Shown here: positions 43,202 through 53,584 of the stretch, in pieces
Numbering within the stretch: the stretch's first letter is position 1
Layout of the letters: the number at the start of each line of letters is the position of its first letter
DNA from: an uncultured Candidatus Saccharibacteria bacterium
GTDB taxonomy: Bacteria > Patescibacteriota > Minisyncoccia > Minisyncoccales > JANBVM01
DNA length: 64,000 nt
Reading direction: 5' to 3'
Assembly: GCA_964450805.1 (NCBI GenBank)
Contig: CAYVDD010000001.1
Location: 254,365 to 318,364, forward strand
The notes under the pieces: model-generated
Databases searched by the model: none
What the model was told of the DNA's origin: nothing
The model's input: the letters and a program-made list of their open reading frames with translations, nothing else
Translations under genes and position numbers: made by a program

Positions 43202-44170
43202 TTATTGTTCGCAACCTTGATTATTAGAGGCTCCGCTTTCCATTCCAAAGCCAGAAGTATATGCAACGTCAGATAAAGTTTGAGAACACTCTTCTGGTGG
43301 AGAAATAAAAGCCTCGCACACAACCTGTTTAAATACTTCTGGCGAACGAGAACCTATCTCAACTATTTTATCATTAATAACAATAGTTGGAGAGCCTTTA
43401 ACTCCATAAGTCTGGTTTAAAGAAGTATGAACATCAAACTTAGGGTATGTTCCGTTCAGCCAGGTATTTTTATCCTGATACTGAGCATAAACATCAAATT
43501 CTTTATCTGTGCTTTCAACACAAGCATTAAGCATAGTTTTATTTATGCCAGCCTCTAAAAGACATTTCTCACTGTCGCCATCTTTTACAAAACATAACAA
43601 ATAATCATCATACTTTTCATTCTCTTGTTTTTGAATACAGTACTGTGTTAAATTTTCATCAATTTCCTGCTTTTCGTGCATTATATAATCAACAAAGTAA
43701 ACACCCATATCAGCTTTAGTTCCTAATAAATCATAAACCGGTAAAAACATTTTTTGGGCTTGAAGGCCGAAAGGACAATAAGTCATCACAAAAAGTTTTA
43801 CATCAGGTCTTTCACGTTTTGAAATCTCTTGATTAGACTGCCCCTGTCCCTCTGTTTCAATATCTAATTTATAACCATCAGGAAATAAATATTTTCCATC
43901 CTTGCTTACATAAGACTGATATTCAGTCCCCTGAACATCAACGCGGATTTTATAAACATTTCCTTCTTCAGTAACGTCAATTAAAGAAGCAGTAATTCCC
44001 TGAGACAAGATATTATTATTTATGAAAGCCACTGCTTGCTGAGCTACATCATCAGCTGGCAATTTCCGCTGAAGAGACATATTGTTGCCGAAATACAAAA
44101 AAATGCCCATAACTACAATTAAGGCAAAAGGAGTTAAAAAAATTGATAGATCTTTGAATTCTTTCTCCAT
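43202..44170 (-). CDS. Membrane-anchored extracytoplasmic protein, possibly with a thioredoxin-like fold
   Basis: N-terminal TM helix. 'VMTYCPFG' and 'GSPTIVINDKIV' resemble DsbA-like segments. Cys-rich C-terminus. Confidence 0.3.
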   Translation of the reverse strand: MEKEFKDLSIFLTPFALIVVMGIFLYFGNNMSLQRKLPADDVAQQAVAFINNNILSQGITASLIDVTEEGNVYKIRVDVQGTEYQSYVSKDGKYLFPDGYKLDIETEGQGQSNQEISKRERPDVKLFVMTYCPFGLQAQKMFLPVYDLLGTKADMGVYFVDYIMHEKQEIDENLTQYCIQKQENEKYDDYLLCFVKDGDSEKCLLEAGINKTMLNACVESTDKEFDVYAQYQDKNTWLNGTYPKFDVHTSLNQTYGVKGSPTIVINDKIVEIGSRSPEVFKQVVCEAFISPPEECSQTLSDVAYTSGFGMESGASNNQGCEQ

Positions 44171-44236
44171 GATTTTTTAAATTTTTATATTAATTATATA
44201 TATTAAATTATCACACCTTTTATTTTTTGTAAAACA

Positions 44237-44440
44237 TTATCTGTTTGTTTTTTTATTCAGGTCCGTAAGAAGGTTGTCAATATCAATTCCATACATTTCA
44301 CAAATTTTGCCAATTTTTAATTTTTCCATTTCAGCACTGGCAAAAGGACAAGTCAAACAGGGCAAATTATATTTTGCTAGGATTTTTTCAGCTCCTTTCT
44401 TTTTTAAAATCTCAGCTAAAGTTGTGTTCTTATCAAACAT
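44237..44440 (-). CDS. DUF1858-like small disulfide/redox protein
   Basis: 67 aa with 'LPCLTCPFASAE'. Confidence 0.4.
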   Translation of the reverse strand: MFDKNTTLAEILKKKGAEKILAKYNLPCLTCPFASAEMEKLKIGKICEMYGIDIDNLLTDLNKKTNR

Positions 44441-44451
44441 TAATATTAAAT

Positions 44452-45210
44452 TTACATTGCCAAATACCCGCCGTCAACCACAACCACAGAACCTGTCATG
44501 TAGGAAGATTTATCAGAAGCCAAAAAAACAACTACATCTGAAACTTCTTCTGGGTTGCCCATTCTATGCATTGGAATTCTGGCTAATGTTCCTTCTAAAG
44601 CTTTAGGGTCTTGTTTAGTTGCTGCTGCCATAGGAGTATCAATAGCGCCTGGAGCAATAGCATTAACTCTAATATTAAAGGGAGACAGCTCTAAGGCCAT
44701 GGCTTCTGTCATCGCAGTTATTCCTCCTTTTGCAGCGCAATAATGAGTAATCTGAGAAAAACCAACACCAACCTGACCCATAGCTATTGAAGAAATATTA
44801 ACAATTACCCCTGATTTTTGTTTAGCCATCTCCTTAGCACAGGCCTGAGCGCATAAAAAATAACCTCTAAGATTAATAGTAAGCATCCTGTCCCAGTCTT
44901 CTTCAGTTAATTCCAAAAACGGCTTAAACTGCAAAATCCCGGCATTGTTAATTAAAATATCTATTTTTTTAAACTTGTTCAGCGTTTGTTTTACCATGTT
45001 TTCAATTTCTTGTTTTTTTGAAACATCACATTTTACTGCTATTGCTTCACCGCCAGAGTTCTTAATTTCATCAACCACTTTTTGACAATCTTCCAAAGAA
45101 ATATCAGAAACAACAACCTTAGCCCCTTCTTTAGCTAAAGCTAAGGCATGACTTCTTCCCATTCCCCTTCTTGCTCCTGTAATTATTGCTATTTTGTCTT
45201 TTAGCTGCAT
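44452..45210 (-). CDS. Short-chain dehydrogenase/reductase (FabG-like)
   Basis: 'IAIITGARRGMG' (TGxxxGxG), 'NNAG' and 'YCAAK' (YxxxK). Confidence 0.75.
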   Translation of the reverse strand: MQLKDKIAIITGARRGMGRSHALALAKEGAKVVVSDISLEDCQKVVDEIKNSGGEAIAVKCDVSKKQEIENMVKQTLNKFKKIDILINNAGILQFKPFLELTEEDWDRMLTINLRGYFLCAQACAKEMAKQKSGVIVNISSIAMGQVGVGFSQITHYCAAKGGITAMTEAMALELSPFNIRVNAIAPGAIDTPMAAATKQDPKALEGTLARIPMHRMGNPEEVSDVVVFLASDKSSYMTGSVVVVDGGYLAM

Positions 45211-45275
45211 ATTTAAAAATTATATTATTTTATTGCCTTAAATTAACCTTTTAAAAATTATATTATAATTATATA

Positions 45276-46454
45276 TTATTTTGAAATTATTAAAAGTTCA
45301 GAGTCTTTAACTGCTTTTTCAACCAATTTTTTAACATTTAATTTTTTCTCTTCTGACTCTACTTTTTTGAAATCAGCTTTTGTTTCAGGATAACGGGGTA
45401 AAAACCTGGCGCAGCAATCCTGATGAGGAATAATTGAAACATCAAATGTTTTAATCTCCTTTGCCAGATTAATTATCTCTTCTTTATCAAAACCAATTAA
45501 AGGTCTTAAAACAGGCAGGTTTGTTGATTTACTAATAACATAAATATTGCTTAAGGTTTGAGAGGCAACCTGACCAATACTATCGCCAGTAACAAGCGCT
45601 AATGATTTTTCCTTTTTGGCAATTTCCTCAGCTATTCGAAGCATGAACCTGCGGTATAAGATAACGCGTAATTTAGAAGAGGTTTTTAAAAGAATGTGTT
45701 TTTGAACATCAGCAAAAGGAACAAGATAAAGCCTAGAATTAAACTGGAATTTATTTAAAATTTTAACAATACTTTTAACTTTCTCAATTGAAGCCTGGTC
45801 TGTATAAGGATGAGCATGAAAGTGAATAAAACTAACCCTAACACCTCTCTTTATTGTTAAATAAGCAGCAACAGGCGAATCAATACCTCCTGATATAAGA
45901 ACTGCTGTTCTGCCTCCTGTTCCAACTGGAAGCCCTCCAGAGCCTTTAATTTTTTTTGTATATAAAAATGCTTGTTCATCAGTTATTTCAATAAAGCAAT
46001 TAATCCCTGGTTTTTTCAATTTAACATCTTTCTTCAGATTCTTAACAATAAAAGCTCCTACCTTTTCATTGATTTGTTGAGAAGTTAAAGAAAATCTCTT
46101 GTCTGATCTCTGAGCGCTAATTCTAAAAGTTTTAAATCTTTTTAGTTTTAATATTTCAAGAGCTTTCTTTTTAATTACTTCAATTTTTGGTTCACAAGCT
46201 TCAGCAAAACTAAAAGAAACAACACCAAAAATATTTTTCAAAGAATTTTCAATTTTCTTTTTGTTCTTTAAACTAACATCATTTAATTTAATAATAATTC
46301 TTCCAGAAATTCTTTTAACAAATTCAAAACTAGCTTTTGGCAAAGATTTTTTAATATTCTCAACCAGTTTCTCTTCAAAAAACTTCCTGTTTTTTCCTTT
46401 TAATGCTATTTCGTGATAATGACAGATAATAAAGCTCATGGTTTTACGATACAA
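45276..46454 (-). CDS. thiI: tRNA 4-thiouridine synthase ThiI (THUMP plus PP-loop)
   Basis: PP-loop 'VLISGGIDSPVAAYL' and an N-terminal THUMP-like region. Confidence 0.75.
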   Translation of the reverse strand: MYRKTMSFIICHYHEIALKGKNRKFFEEKLVENIKKSLPKASFEFVKRISGRIIIKLNDVSLKNKKKIENSLKNIFGVVSFSFAEACEPKIEVIKKKALEILKLKRFKTFRISAQRSDKRFSLTSQQINEKVGAFIVKNLKKDVKLKKPGINCFIEITDEQAFLYTKKIKGSGGLPVGTGGRTAVLISGGIDSPVAAYLTIKRGVRVSFIHFHAHPYTDQASIEKVKSIVKILNKFQFNSRLYLVPFADVQKHILLKTSSKLRVILYRRFMLRIAEEIAKKEKSLALVTGDSIGQVASQTLSNIYVISKSTNLPVLRPLIGFDKEEIINLAKEIKTFDVSIIPHQDCCARFLPRYPETKADFKKVESEEKKLNVKKLVEKAVKDSELLIISK

Positions 46455-47481
46455 TAACTCCTCCGCCTAAAACCTTATTTCTCTCGTAAAAAACTGCTGA
46501 CTGGCCTGGAGTAACAGCTTTTTGAGGCTTATCAAAAATTAAAACATACTTATTTTTAATCTTAGCAATTTTAGCTTCAGCCAGCTTCTGACGATAACGG
46601 ATCTTGGCTTTAATTCCTAAAGGTAACTTTGGCTTTTTAACAATCCAGTTAACTTCTTTTAAGACTGCTTGATTCTGATACAAGTCTTTTTTATTCTTGC
46701 TCACAATCAAAAAATTTCTTTTCTTGTCTTTACCAACAACATAAAAAGGTCCTTTGGGAAGCTTAATTCCCCTTCTCTGACCAATTGTGTAAAACCACAG
46801 ACCCTGATGTTCTCCTAGTACTTTTCCTTCAACATTAATAATCCTCCCTAGTTTTATCTTGAGATATTTTTTTAAAAATTCAGTGGTTGTTTTAGGAATG
46901 AAACAAGCTTCCTGGGATTCTGCAATATCAAAAACAGGCAATTTAAAATCTTTTGTCATCTTTCTGACTTCAGACTTCCTGTATCCTCCAACCGGAAATA
47001 GAATGTGTTTCAACTGGTTTTGATTCAACTTCCATAAAAAATAAGATTGGTCTTTTTCTTTATCTTTTGCCTTTATTAAATTTAATTCACTGCCCTGTTT
47101 TTTAAGACGAACGTAATGACCAGTGGCAATAAAATCAGCACCAAAATTTTTTGCTTTTTTAAGCAACAAACCAAACTTGATTTTTTTATTGCAGACAACA
47201 CAGGGATTAGGAGTTATCCCATTTCTATAATTAAGTAAAAAATAATCAACAACATGATTTTTAAATTCTTTTTTAAAATCAATCACATGAAAAGGAATTT
47301 TCAAAATATCAGCAACTTTTCTTGCTCTTTTTTCTGGTTCTTTATTTGAATCATCCCCTGCCCATAACTTCATGAAAACCCCAATCACATCAAAACCAGC
47401 TTCTTTTAAAAGAGCTGCTGATATTGAAGAATCAACACCCCCTGACATTGCCACCATAACTTTTAAATTCTTTTTAATCAT
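46444..47481 (-). CDS. mnmA: tRNA-specific 2-thiouridylase MnmA
   Basis: 'VAMSGGVDSSISAALL' PP-loop, conserved Cys residues and a C-terminal beta barrel. Confidence 0.8.
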   Translation of the reverse strand: MIKKNLKVMVAMSGGVDSSISAALLKEAGFDVIGVFMKLWAGDDSNKEPEKRARKVADILKIPFHVIDFKKEFKNHVVDYFLLNYRNGITPNPCVVCNKKIKFGLLLKKAKNFGADFIATGHYVRLKKQGSELNLIKAKDKEKDQSYFLWKLNQNQLKHILFPVGGYRKSEVRKMTKDFKLPVFDIAESQEACFIPKTTTEFLKKYLKIKLGRIINVEGKVLGEHQGLWFYTIGQRRGIKLPKGPFYVVGKDKKRNFLIVSKNKKDLYQNQAVLKEVNWIVKKPKLPLGIKAKIRYRQKLAEAKIAKIKNKYVLIFDKPQKAVTPGQSAVFYERNKVLGGGVIVS

Positions 47482-47951
47482 TATTTTTTAGATAATTCCT
47501 TGTATCTTTTCTCAATAATCTTTAATTCTTTCTTAATCCTTTCATGTTTTTTTTGAAGCTTTTTTGGTATTTCTTTCCTGTTTTTTTTCAAATAATCATA
47601 GATTGCTTCAGACAAAGCATCAATAGCTAAAACAGAACAATGAATCTTTATTGGAGGCAGACCTCCTAAAGTTTTAACAACATTGTCTTTGCTTATCTGA
47701 AGTGCTTTATCAATAGTTTTACCTTTTGCCAGATCAGTAACAACACTGCTTGTAGCTAAAGCTGCTACACAGCCAAAAGCTTCAAACTTAATGTCTTTTA
47801 TTACATCTTTCTCAACCTTAATATATATGTGCATTACATCACCACACACTAAGTTACCCACCTTTCCTGTTCCGTCTGGGTTTTTAAACTTCCCAAAATT
47901 ACGTGGTTTCTTGAAATACTCCATTGTTTTTTTTGTATACATTTGTGTCAT
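47481..47951 (-). CDS. iscU: Fe-S cluster scaffold IscU/NifU-like, with a C-terminal basic extension
   Basis: 'GNLVCGDVMHIYIKV', 'FGCVAALATS' and 'IHCSVLA' cluster ligands. Confidence 0.75.
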   Translation of the reverse strand: MTQMYTKKTMEYFKKPRNFGKFKNPDGTGKVGNLVCGDVMHIYIKVEKDVIKDIKFEAFGCVAALATSSVVTDLAKGKTIDKALQISKDNVVKTLGGLPPIKIHCSVLAIDALSEAIYDYLKKNRKEIPKKLQKKHERIKKELKIIEKRYKELSKK

Positions 47952-47953
47952 AA

Positions 47954-49120
47954 TTATTTTTTATAAGGTGAAATTTCTCTTAATTTTTCAACAATACCAG
48001 GTAAAACCTTTAAAACATAATCAATATCAGACTCTTTTGTCCATCTTCCCAAAGTGAATCTCAAAGAACCATGAATCTGATATGGTTTAAGTTTAATAGC
48101 TGTTAAAACATGGCTTGGTTCTAATTTATCAGAAGAACAGGCTGAACCAGTTGATGCAGCAACATCAGACAAATCAAGCTGAATTAAAAGTGATTCACCT
48201 TCAACAAAAGAAAAAGAAAGATTAGCATTATTCGGCAGCCTTTTTTCAGGATGGCCATTAAGTTTAACGTTTTTTATACTTCTTAAAATTCCTTTAATTA
48301 ACTTATCTCTTAAATTTATCAGTCTTTTTGATTCTTTTTTCATTTCTTTTTTGCAAAGCAGGGCAGCTTTAGCAAAACCAGCAATACCAGCAACATTAAC
48401 AGTTGCGCTTCTTAATCCTGATTCATGTCCGCCTCCGTGAAGCAGAGGTTCAATTTTTATTCCCTTTCTTACAAATAAACAGCCTACTCCTTTAGGACCA
48501 TATAATTTATGGGCGCTGGCGCTTAATAAATCAATATTCATCTCATTAACGTTAATTGGAATTTTCCCAAAAGCCTGGGTTGCGTCAGTGTGAAAATAGA
48601 CTCCTGCTTTCTTACAGACTGCCCCGATTTCTTTAATAGGCTGAATTGTTCCTATTTCATTATTAGCATGCATTACTGAAACAAGTATGGTTTCTTTTTT
48701 AATAAGCTTTTTAACTTCCTGGGGAGCAACCAGACCATATTCATCAACATTAAGTTTAGTTATTTCAAAACCATTTTTCTCAAGCCATTTTGCAGCCTCT
48801 ATAACACAAGGATGTTCAATCGGAGAAATAATAATATGATTTCCCTTTTTTTTGCTGGCAAAAGCAATACCTTTTAAAGCTAAGTTATTACTTTCAGTAG
48901 CAGAACTTGTAAAAATAACTTCATTTGCTTTTGCGCCTATTAAATCAGCAATTATTTCTCTTGATTCTTCTAAAGATAATTTTGCTTCCTGTCCAAAACT
49001 ATGAAGCGACATAGTATTTCCGAATTTTTCATCAAAATATGGAAGCATACTATTAATTACCTTTTTATCAACTGGAGTAGTAGCTCCATAATCTAAATAA
49101 ATTTTTCTTTTTTTTGCCAT
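47954..49120 (-). CDS. iscS: Cysteine desulfurase (IscS/NifS)
   Basis: PLP-Lys motif 'SASAHKLYGPKGVG' and catalytic Cys loop 'STGSACSS'. Confidence 0.85.
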   Translation of the reverse strand: MAKKRKIYLDYGATTPVDKKVINSMLPYFDEKFGNTMSLHSFGQEAKLSLEESREIIADLIGAKANEVIFTSSATESNNLALKGIAFASKKKGNHIIISPIEHPCVIEAAKWLEKNGFEITKLNVDEYGLVAPQEVKKLIKKETILVSVMHANNEIGTIQPIKEIGAVCKKAGVYFHTDATQAFGKIPINVNEMNIDLLSASAHKLYGPKGVGCLFVRKGIKIEPLLHGGGHESGLRSATVNVAGIAGFAKAALLCKKEMKKESKRLINLRDKLIKGILRSIKNVKLNGHPEKRLPNNANLSFSFVEGESLLIQLDLSDVAASTGSACSSDKLEPSHVLTAIKLKPYQIHGSLRFTLGRWTKESDIDYVLKVLPGIVEKLREISPYKK

Positions 49121-49135
49121 ATTTTTAAAAAATTA

Positions 49136-49576
49136 TTATTTAATTAAATCAGCTAAGGTTATTGAATTCAAAGTAGAATTCAAATTATCTTGAACTTTTT
49201 TCCAAACAGTTATTGTCCTGCAGGTTTTTTTACGCGGGCAATAATATTTTTTTTCCTTTTCCGTTGCAATACATTCAACAGGAGCCATTGTTTCTTCAAG
49301 CACATTAATAACTTCTGATACTTTGATTTTTTGGGGTGATTTAATTAAAAAGTATCCTCCTTTAACTCCTCTTTTTGATTTAACCAACTTATTTTTTTCC
49401 AATTTTGAAACTATCTTTTCCAAATAATCAAAAGAAATGTTTTCTTTCTCAGAAATTTCTCTTAAAGAGCAGGGTTTGTCTTTATCAAATACACCTGCCA
49501 GATAAGCCATTGCTCTTAATCCATATTGTGATTTCTTAGAAATTCTCATGTTTAATTTATTATTAAAAACCGACAA
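49136..49576 (-). CDS. Rrf2-family transcriptional regulator (IscR-like)
   Basis: 'SKKSQYGLRAMAYLA' HTH. It is first in the isc operon. Confidence 0.75.
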   Translation of the reverse strand: MSVFNNKLNMRISKKSQYGLRAMAYLAGVFDKDKPCSLREISEKENISFDYLEKIVSKLEKNKLVKSKRGVKGGYFLIKSPQKIKVSEVINVLEETMAPVECIATEKEKKYYCPRKKTCRTITVWKKVQDNLNSTLNSITLADLIK

Positions 49577-49624
49577 TATTTGTCGGTTTTAGAATATCAT
49601 TAAAGAAAATTACTGTCAATAATC

Positions 49625-49885
49625 CTATAATTGAATTACAAATAATCCATTTTTTTGAATCTCTTTTTCTTGAGCAAAATCATTAAGCTTAAACTTTAAA
49701 ACATAAGTAACTTTTTTTTCTATCTTTCTGCCAGTATAATTCTTTGTTTTAGGATTCCACTCTTCTAATATTAAGGTGTCTCCTTTTTTAATATTAAAGT
49801 CAGCCACCCTTAATTCAAAACGTTTTTTGCCAGAAGCTATTAAATCAAAATAATCTGGCCAAATTTTCTTTTTTATTACTACCAT
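49625..49885 (-). CDS. DUF3850/ASCH-like small protein
   Basis: 'PDYFDLIASGKKRFELRVADFNIKKGDTLILEEW' matches the DUF3850 pattern. Confidence 0.45.
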   Translation of the reverse strand: MVVIKKKIWPDYFDLIASGKKRFELRVADFNIKKGDTLILEEWNPKTKNYTGRKIEKKVTYVLKFKLNDFAQEKEIQKNGLFVIQL

Positions 49886-49896
49886 AAAAGTAGTTA

Positions 49897-50079
49897 TTAT
49901 TCCTGTTTTTCAATTGCGTCATAAGGACAGAGACTTTCTCCTCCGCACTCTTCTATCTGCTCTGAGTTTTTAATCTTTGATTTTCCATCATCGTCCCATT
50001 CTGCTCCATTTGGACAAGCTGAAATACAGAGCCCGCAGCTGATACATTTGTCTTTGTTAACTTTATAATTTACTGCCAT
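49897..50079 (-). CDS. 4Fe-4S ferredoxin
   Basis: 'CISCGLCISACP', a second Cys cluster, 60 aa. Confidence 0.6.
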   Translation of the reverse strand: MAVNYKVNKDKCISCGLCISACPNGAEWDDDGKSKIKNSEQIEECGGESLCPYDAIEKQE

Positions 50080-50142
50080 ATTTGAATTTAATTCTAGTTA
50101 TTTTAGAAATTTCTCAACTTAATGCTTTTAAATGACCTTTGT

Positions 50143-51348
50143 TTATTTTACAAATTCTAATATTTTTGACATTAATTCAATTTGCTTGAAACGACCCAGA
50201 CTACCTTTCAGACAATTTTTCTCTGAAAACTTTATTTCAGACTTTTTAAACTTAACTGGTAATTTACATATTAAAACAGGAATCAATTCTTTGCAATGTC
50301 TTTTAATCTTGCTGCAAGTTGAATGGTCAGCTGTTACAACAATACTTATATCTTTAAGGCTTAATAAAGGTTTAATATTTTTGTCAATTTTTTCAATAAA
50401 TTTCTTTTTTCCCAAATAATTGCCGTCTTCTGATAAAATGTCTGCTGCTTTTATGTGACAGAAAATAAAATCATACTTTTTTAAATTTCTTTTAATACTA
50501 AGGACTTTCCCTTTTAGGTTTGTATCAATATTCCCGGTAGCCCCTTTAATATTAATCAAGTCCATTCCTAAAGCCTTAGCCACTCCCCTGTAAACATGAC
50601 CAGCAGCAATACAAGCTGCTTTAAGATTGTGCTTTTTATAAAAGCCAGGAGTTTCTTTAAATTTGCCTGCCCCTCTCACCAATAAATAATTAGCAGGCAA
50701 TAAACCCTGTTCTTTTCTTTTTTTATTTAAAGGATGATTTTCTAAAATCTGGTGAGCTCTTTCTAAAAACTTGTTTAAAACATCTGCTGTAAATTCAGCT
50801 TGTTTTGATTTTCCCAAAGCAATAATCTTTTTAACTTTTATACCTGTTTTTTTAATATCTCCTCCTCTAATTTTTTCAGAAAGATTCTTTCCCTTTAAAA
50901 GCAGAACTGCCCTATGCCCTAAAGAAGCAGTTATCTGAAACCTAATACCATTAATTTCTATACCAGCCAATGACTTAATTAAGGGTTCTGTATCAGCGAT
51001 TCTTCCAGCCCTCCTGTCAATAATTTTAAGATTTTTATTAACAGTACCTAAATTTGCTCTTAAAGCTACTTCTCCTTTTTTAATCTTTATTCCCTCGCCA
51101 AGTGCTTCATAAACTCCTCTGCCCAAATAATAAACTGCTGGATTATAACCAAGTAAAGCCAAATGAGCACTGTCTGAACGGGGATATTTTTGCCAGGAAA
51201 AATAAAAAGGTTTAATTAATCCGCAAACCCCACTTGAAGCTAAACAATCTAAATTAGGAGTGCTGGCAGCTCCAAGAGGAGTTTTTTTACCTAATTCTTT
51301 AATAGGGCTGTCTCCTAAGCCGTCAATAATAATTAAAGCAATTTTCAT
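50143..51348 (-). CDS. apgM: Cofactor-independent phosphoglycerate mutase, archaeal type (ApgM)
   Basis: N-terminal 'MKIALIIIDGLGD', about 400 aa, alkaline-phosphatase superfamily metal ligands. It is adjacent to eno. Confidence 0.7.
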   Translation of the reverse strand: MKIALIIIDGLGDSPIKELGKKTPLGAASTPNLDCLASSGVCGLIKPFYFSWQKYPRSDSAHLALLGYNPAVYYLGRGVYEALGEGIKIKKGEVALRANLGTVNKNLKIIDRRAGRIADTEPLIKSLAGIEINGIRFQITASLGHRAVLLLKGKNLSEKIRGGDIKKTGIKVKKIIALGKSKQAEFTADVLNKFLERAHQILENHPLNKKRKEQGLLPANYLLVRGAGKFKETPGFYKKHNLKAACIAAGHVYRGVAKALGMDLINIKGATGNIDTNLKGKVLSIKRNLKKYDFIFCHIKAADILSEDGNYLGKKKFIEKIDKNIKPLLSLKDISIVVTADHSTCSKIKRHCKELIPVLICKLPVKFKKSEIKFSEKNCLKGSLGRFKQIELMSKILEFVK

Positions 51349-52604
51349 TTTTCAAGTTCTTGTTCTATTTTTAATAATCTATTGTATTTTGCTATTCTTT
51401 CCTCCCCAACAGGAGCACCTGCCTTAATAAAATCAGCTTCAATACCCACAGCAAAATCAGCAATAAAATCATCGTTTGTTTCTCCTGACCTGTGAGAAAC
51501 TATAATTTTGAAATTAAAATCTTTTGCTAGCTTAGCTGCCTGAAGAGCTTCAGAAACTGTTCCAATTTGATTAATTTTCAAAATCATCCCATTAACAGCT
51601 TTTCTTTTTTTTGCTTCTTTTATCCTTTCTGAGTTTGTGACTAATAAATCATCTCCAATGATTAAAATTCTTTTACCAAGCTTTCTTTTAATTTCTTTAA
51701 ATCCTTGCCAGTCGTCTTCAGCAAAAGGGTCTTCTAATCCTGAAATTGGATATTTTGAAATTAAATCTGAATAATATCTTATTAAACCTTGTCTTGTAAA
51801 AATACCTGTATTTAATTCATATTTTCCATTTTTAAAAAATTGTGATGAAGCTATATCTAAAATAATCTTTATCTTGTTTTCATAACCCAGACTTTCTGAA
51901 GCCTTTAAAATAAAATTTATTGCCTGTTCTGGAATTGTGAAAGGAGGAGCAAATCCTCCTTCGTCTCCGACATTAATAGCCAGTTTTCCGTATTTTTTAG
52001 AAAGAAGTTTCTTTAACTGCTGATATATTTCAGAAATAATCTCCAGTTTTTTAGAAAAAGATGTTTCTTCTACAGCAACCATAAATTCCTGAACATCTAA
52101 TCCGCTTCCGGAATGAACTCCTCCATTAATAACATTAAACAAAGGATCCGGCAGTCTTGGTTTTTTAACTGATATTTTATATAATTTTTTTGCAATTTCA
52201 TTTATATATTTAAAAAGCTCTAATTTTTTAGAGCCTGCTCCAGCACGACATACTGCTAATGATACTCCGCAAATCGCATTAGCACCTAAACTGGATTTAT
52301 CTTTAGTTCCGTCAAGCTTAATCATTAAATCATCAATTTTTTTTTGTGAACCCGGGTCTCTGCCAACAATTTCAGGAGCAATAATTTTATTAATATTATC
52401 TACTGCTTTTAAAACACCTTTTCCTAAATATCTTTTTTTATTATCTCTTAATTCCTTTGCTTCGTATTTTCCAACTGAAGCGCCTGAAGGAATAGAAGAA
52501 ACAAAAACGCCTTTACTTGTTTCTATACTAACTTCAACAGTGGGATTTCCACGGGAATCCAAAATTTCCCTTGCTTTTACATCTCTGATTTTGGAGTTTT
52601 TCAT
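51345..52604 (-). CDS. eno: Enolase
   Basis: 'SHRSGETND' and a TIM-barrel domain with an N-terminal cap. Confidence 0.9.
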   Translation of the reverse strand: MKNSKIRDVKAREILDSRGNPTVEVSIETSKGVFVSSIPSGASVGKYEAKELRDNKKRYLGKGVLKAVDNINKIIAPEIVGRDPGSQKKIDDLMIKLDGTKDKSSLGANAICGVSLAVCRAGAGSKKLELFKYINEIAKKLYKISVKKPRLPDPLFNVINGGVHSGSGLDVQEFMVAVEETSFSKKLEIISEIYQQLKKLLSKKYGKLAINVGDEGGFAPPFTIPEQAINFILKASESLGYENKIKIILDIASSQFFKNGKYELNTGIFTRQGLIRYYSDLISKYPISGLEDPFAEDDWQGFKEIKRKLGKRILIIGDDLLVTNSERIKEAKKRKAVNGMILKINQIGTVSEALQAAKLAKDFNFKIIVSHRSGETNDDFIADFAVGIEADFIKAGAPVGEERIAKYNRLLKIEQELEK

Positions 52605-52659
52605 GTTTTTTAAAACAAAACTGGTATTAACTGTTCCAGTTTAATAATTGTGCAGGTTT

Positions 52660-53574
52660 TTATTGCCTTGTTAAATAATCAAAAACAGCTAAAGCTGCTT
52701 TTGCCCCTTCACCGCAGCTAATTATAATTTGTTTGAATTTTCCAGTATCAACATCACCAGCAGCAAAAAGGCCTGGTGTTTTTGTCTGAAAAGTATCAAA
52801 AGCAACCTTTATCTCTCCTTTTTTATTAAAATCAACCAAGTGATTAACAAATGAGGATGCAGGTTGAGAACCTATTTCAACAAAAACTCCTTTTACTGAT
52901 AAAGTTCTTTCTTCTTTATTTACTCTGTCTTGATAAATAATTGAATTAACAAATTCATCCCCTTTAATTTCTTTTAATTGAGCATTGGTTATTATTTCTA
53001 TTTTTTTAATTCGCCCTACTAAATCCTGATTTTCTCTATCAGCCCTAACTTTAGAATCATATTCTAAAATATATATTTTCTTTGCCCAATTTTTTAAAAA
53101 TAAAGCTGATTCAAAGCCAGAATTACCTCCTCCTATTATAGCCACCTCTTTGTCAGCAAATAATGGACCGTCACAAACAGCACAATAACTTACTCCTTTT
53201 CCTATAAATTCTTCTTCTCCAGGAAGCTTTAATGGCCTTGGATCAGTGCCTGTAGCAATAATAATGGTTTTTGATTCAAATTTCTCCTTATTATCAGTCC
53301 AAACTAAAAAAGAACTGTCTTTTTTGTCTACTCTTGTAACTTCATTCATTTTAATATCTATATCCTGCTTTTCTAAATGTTCTTCAAATCTACTAATCAG
53401 TTCAAGTCCTGAAATCTCTTTAAATCCAGGATAATTTCCAATAGGAACAGCTTTTTTGGCAATTTGTCCTCCAAAATTTTTTGTAATTAAGAGTGTATTT
53501 AGTTTTTGTCTAGCTGCATAAATACCGGATGTAATACCAGCCGGACCTCCACCAATTATAATTAAATCGTACAT
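52660..53574 (-). CDS. trxB: Thioredoxin reductase
   Basis: 'IIGGGPAG' FAD site, 'CAVCDG' redox-active disulfide and an NADPH site. Confidence 0.85.
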   Translation of the reverse strand: MYDLIIIGGGPAGITSGIYAARQKLNTLLITKNFGGQIAKKAVPIGNYPGFKEISGLELISRFEEHLEKQDIDIKMNEVTRVDKKDSSFLVWTDNKEKFESKTIIIATGTDPRPLKLPGEEEFIGKGVSYCAVCDGPLFADKEVAIIGGGNSGFESALFLKNWAKKIYILEYDSKVRADRENQDLVGRIKKIEIITNAQLKEIKGDEFVNSIIYQDRVNKEERTLSVKGVFVEIGSQPASSFVNHLVDFNKKGEIKVAFDTFQTKTPGLFAAGDVDTGKFKQIIISCGEGAKAALAVFDYLTRQ

Positions 53575-53584
53575 AGCCCAAATA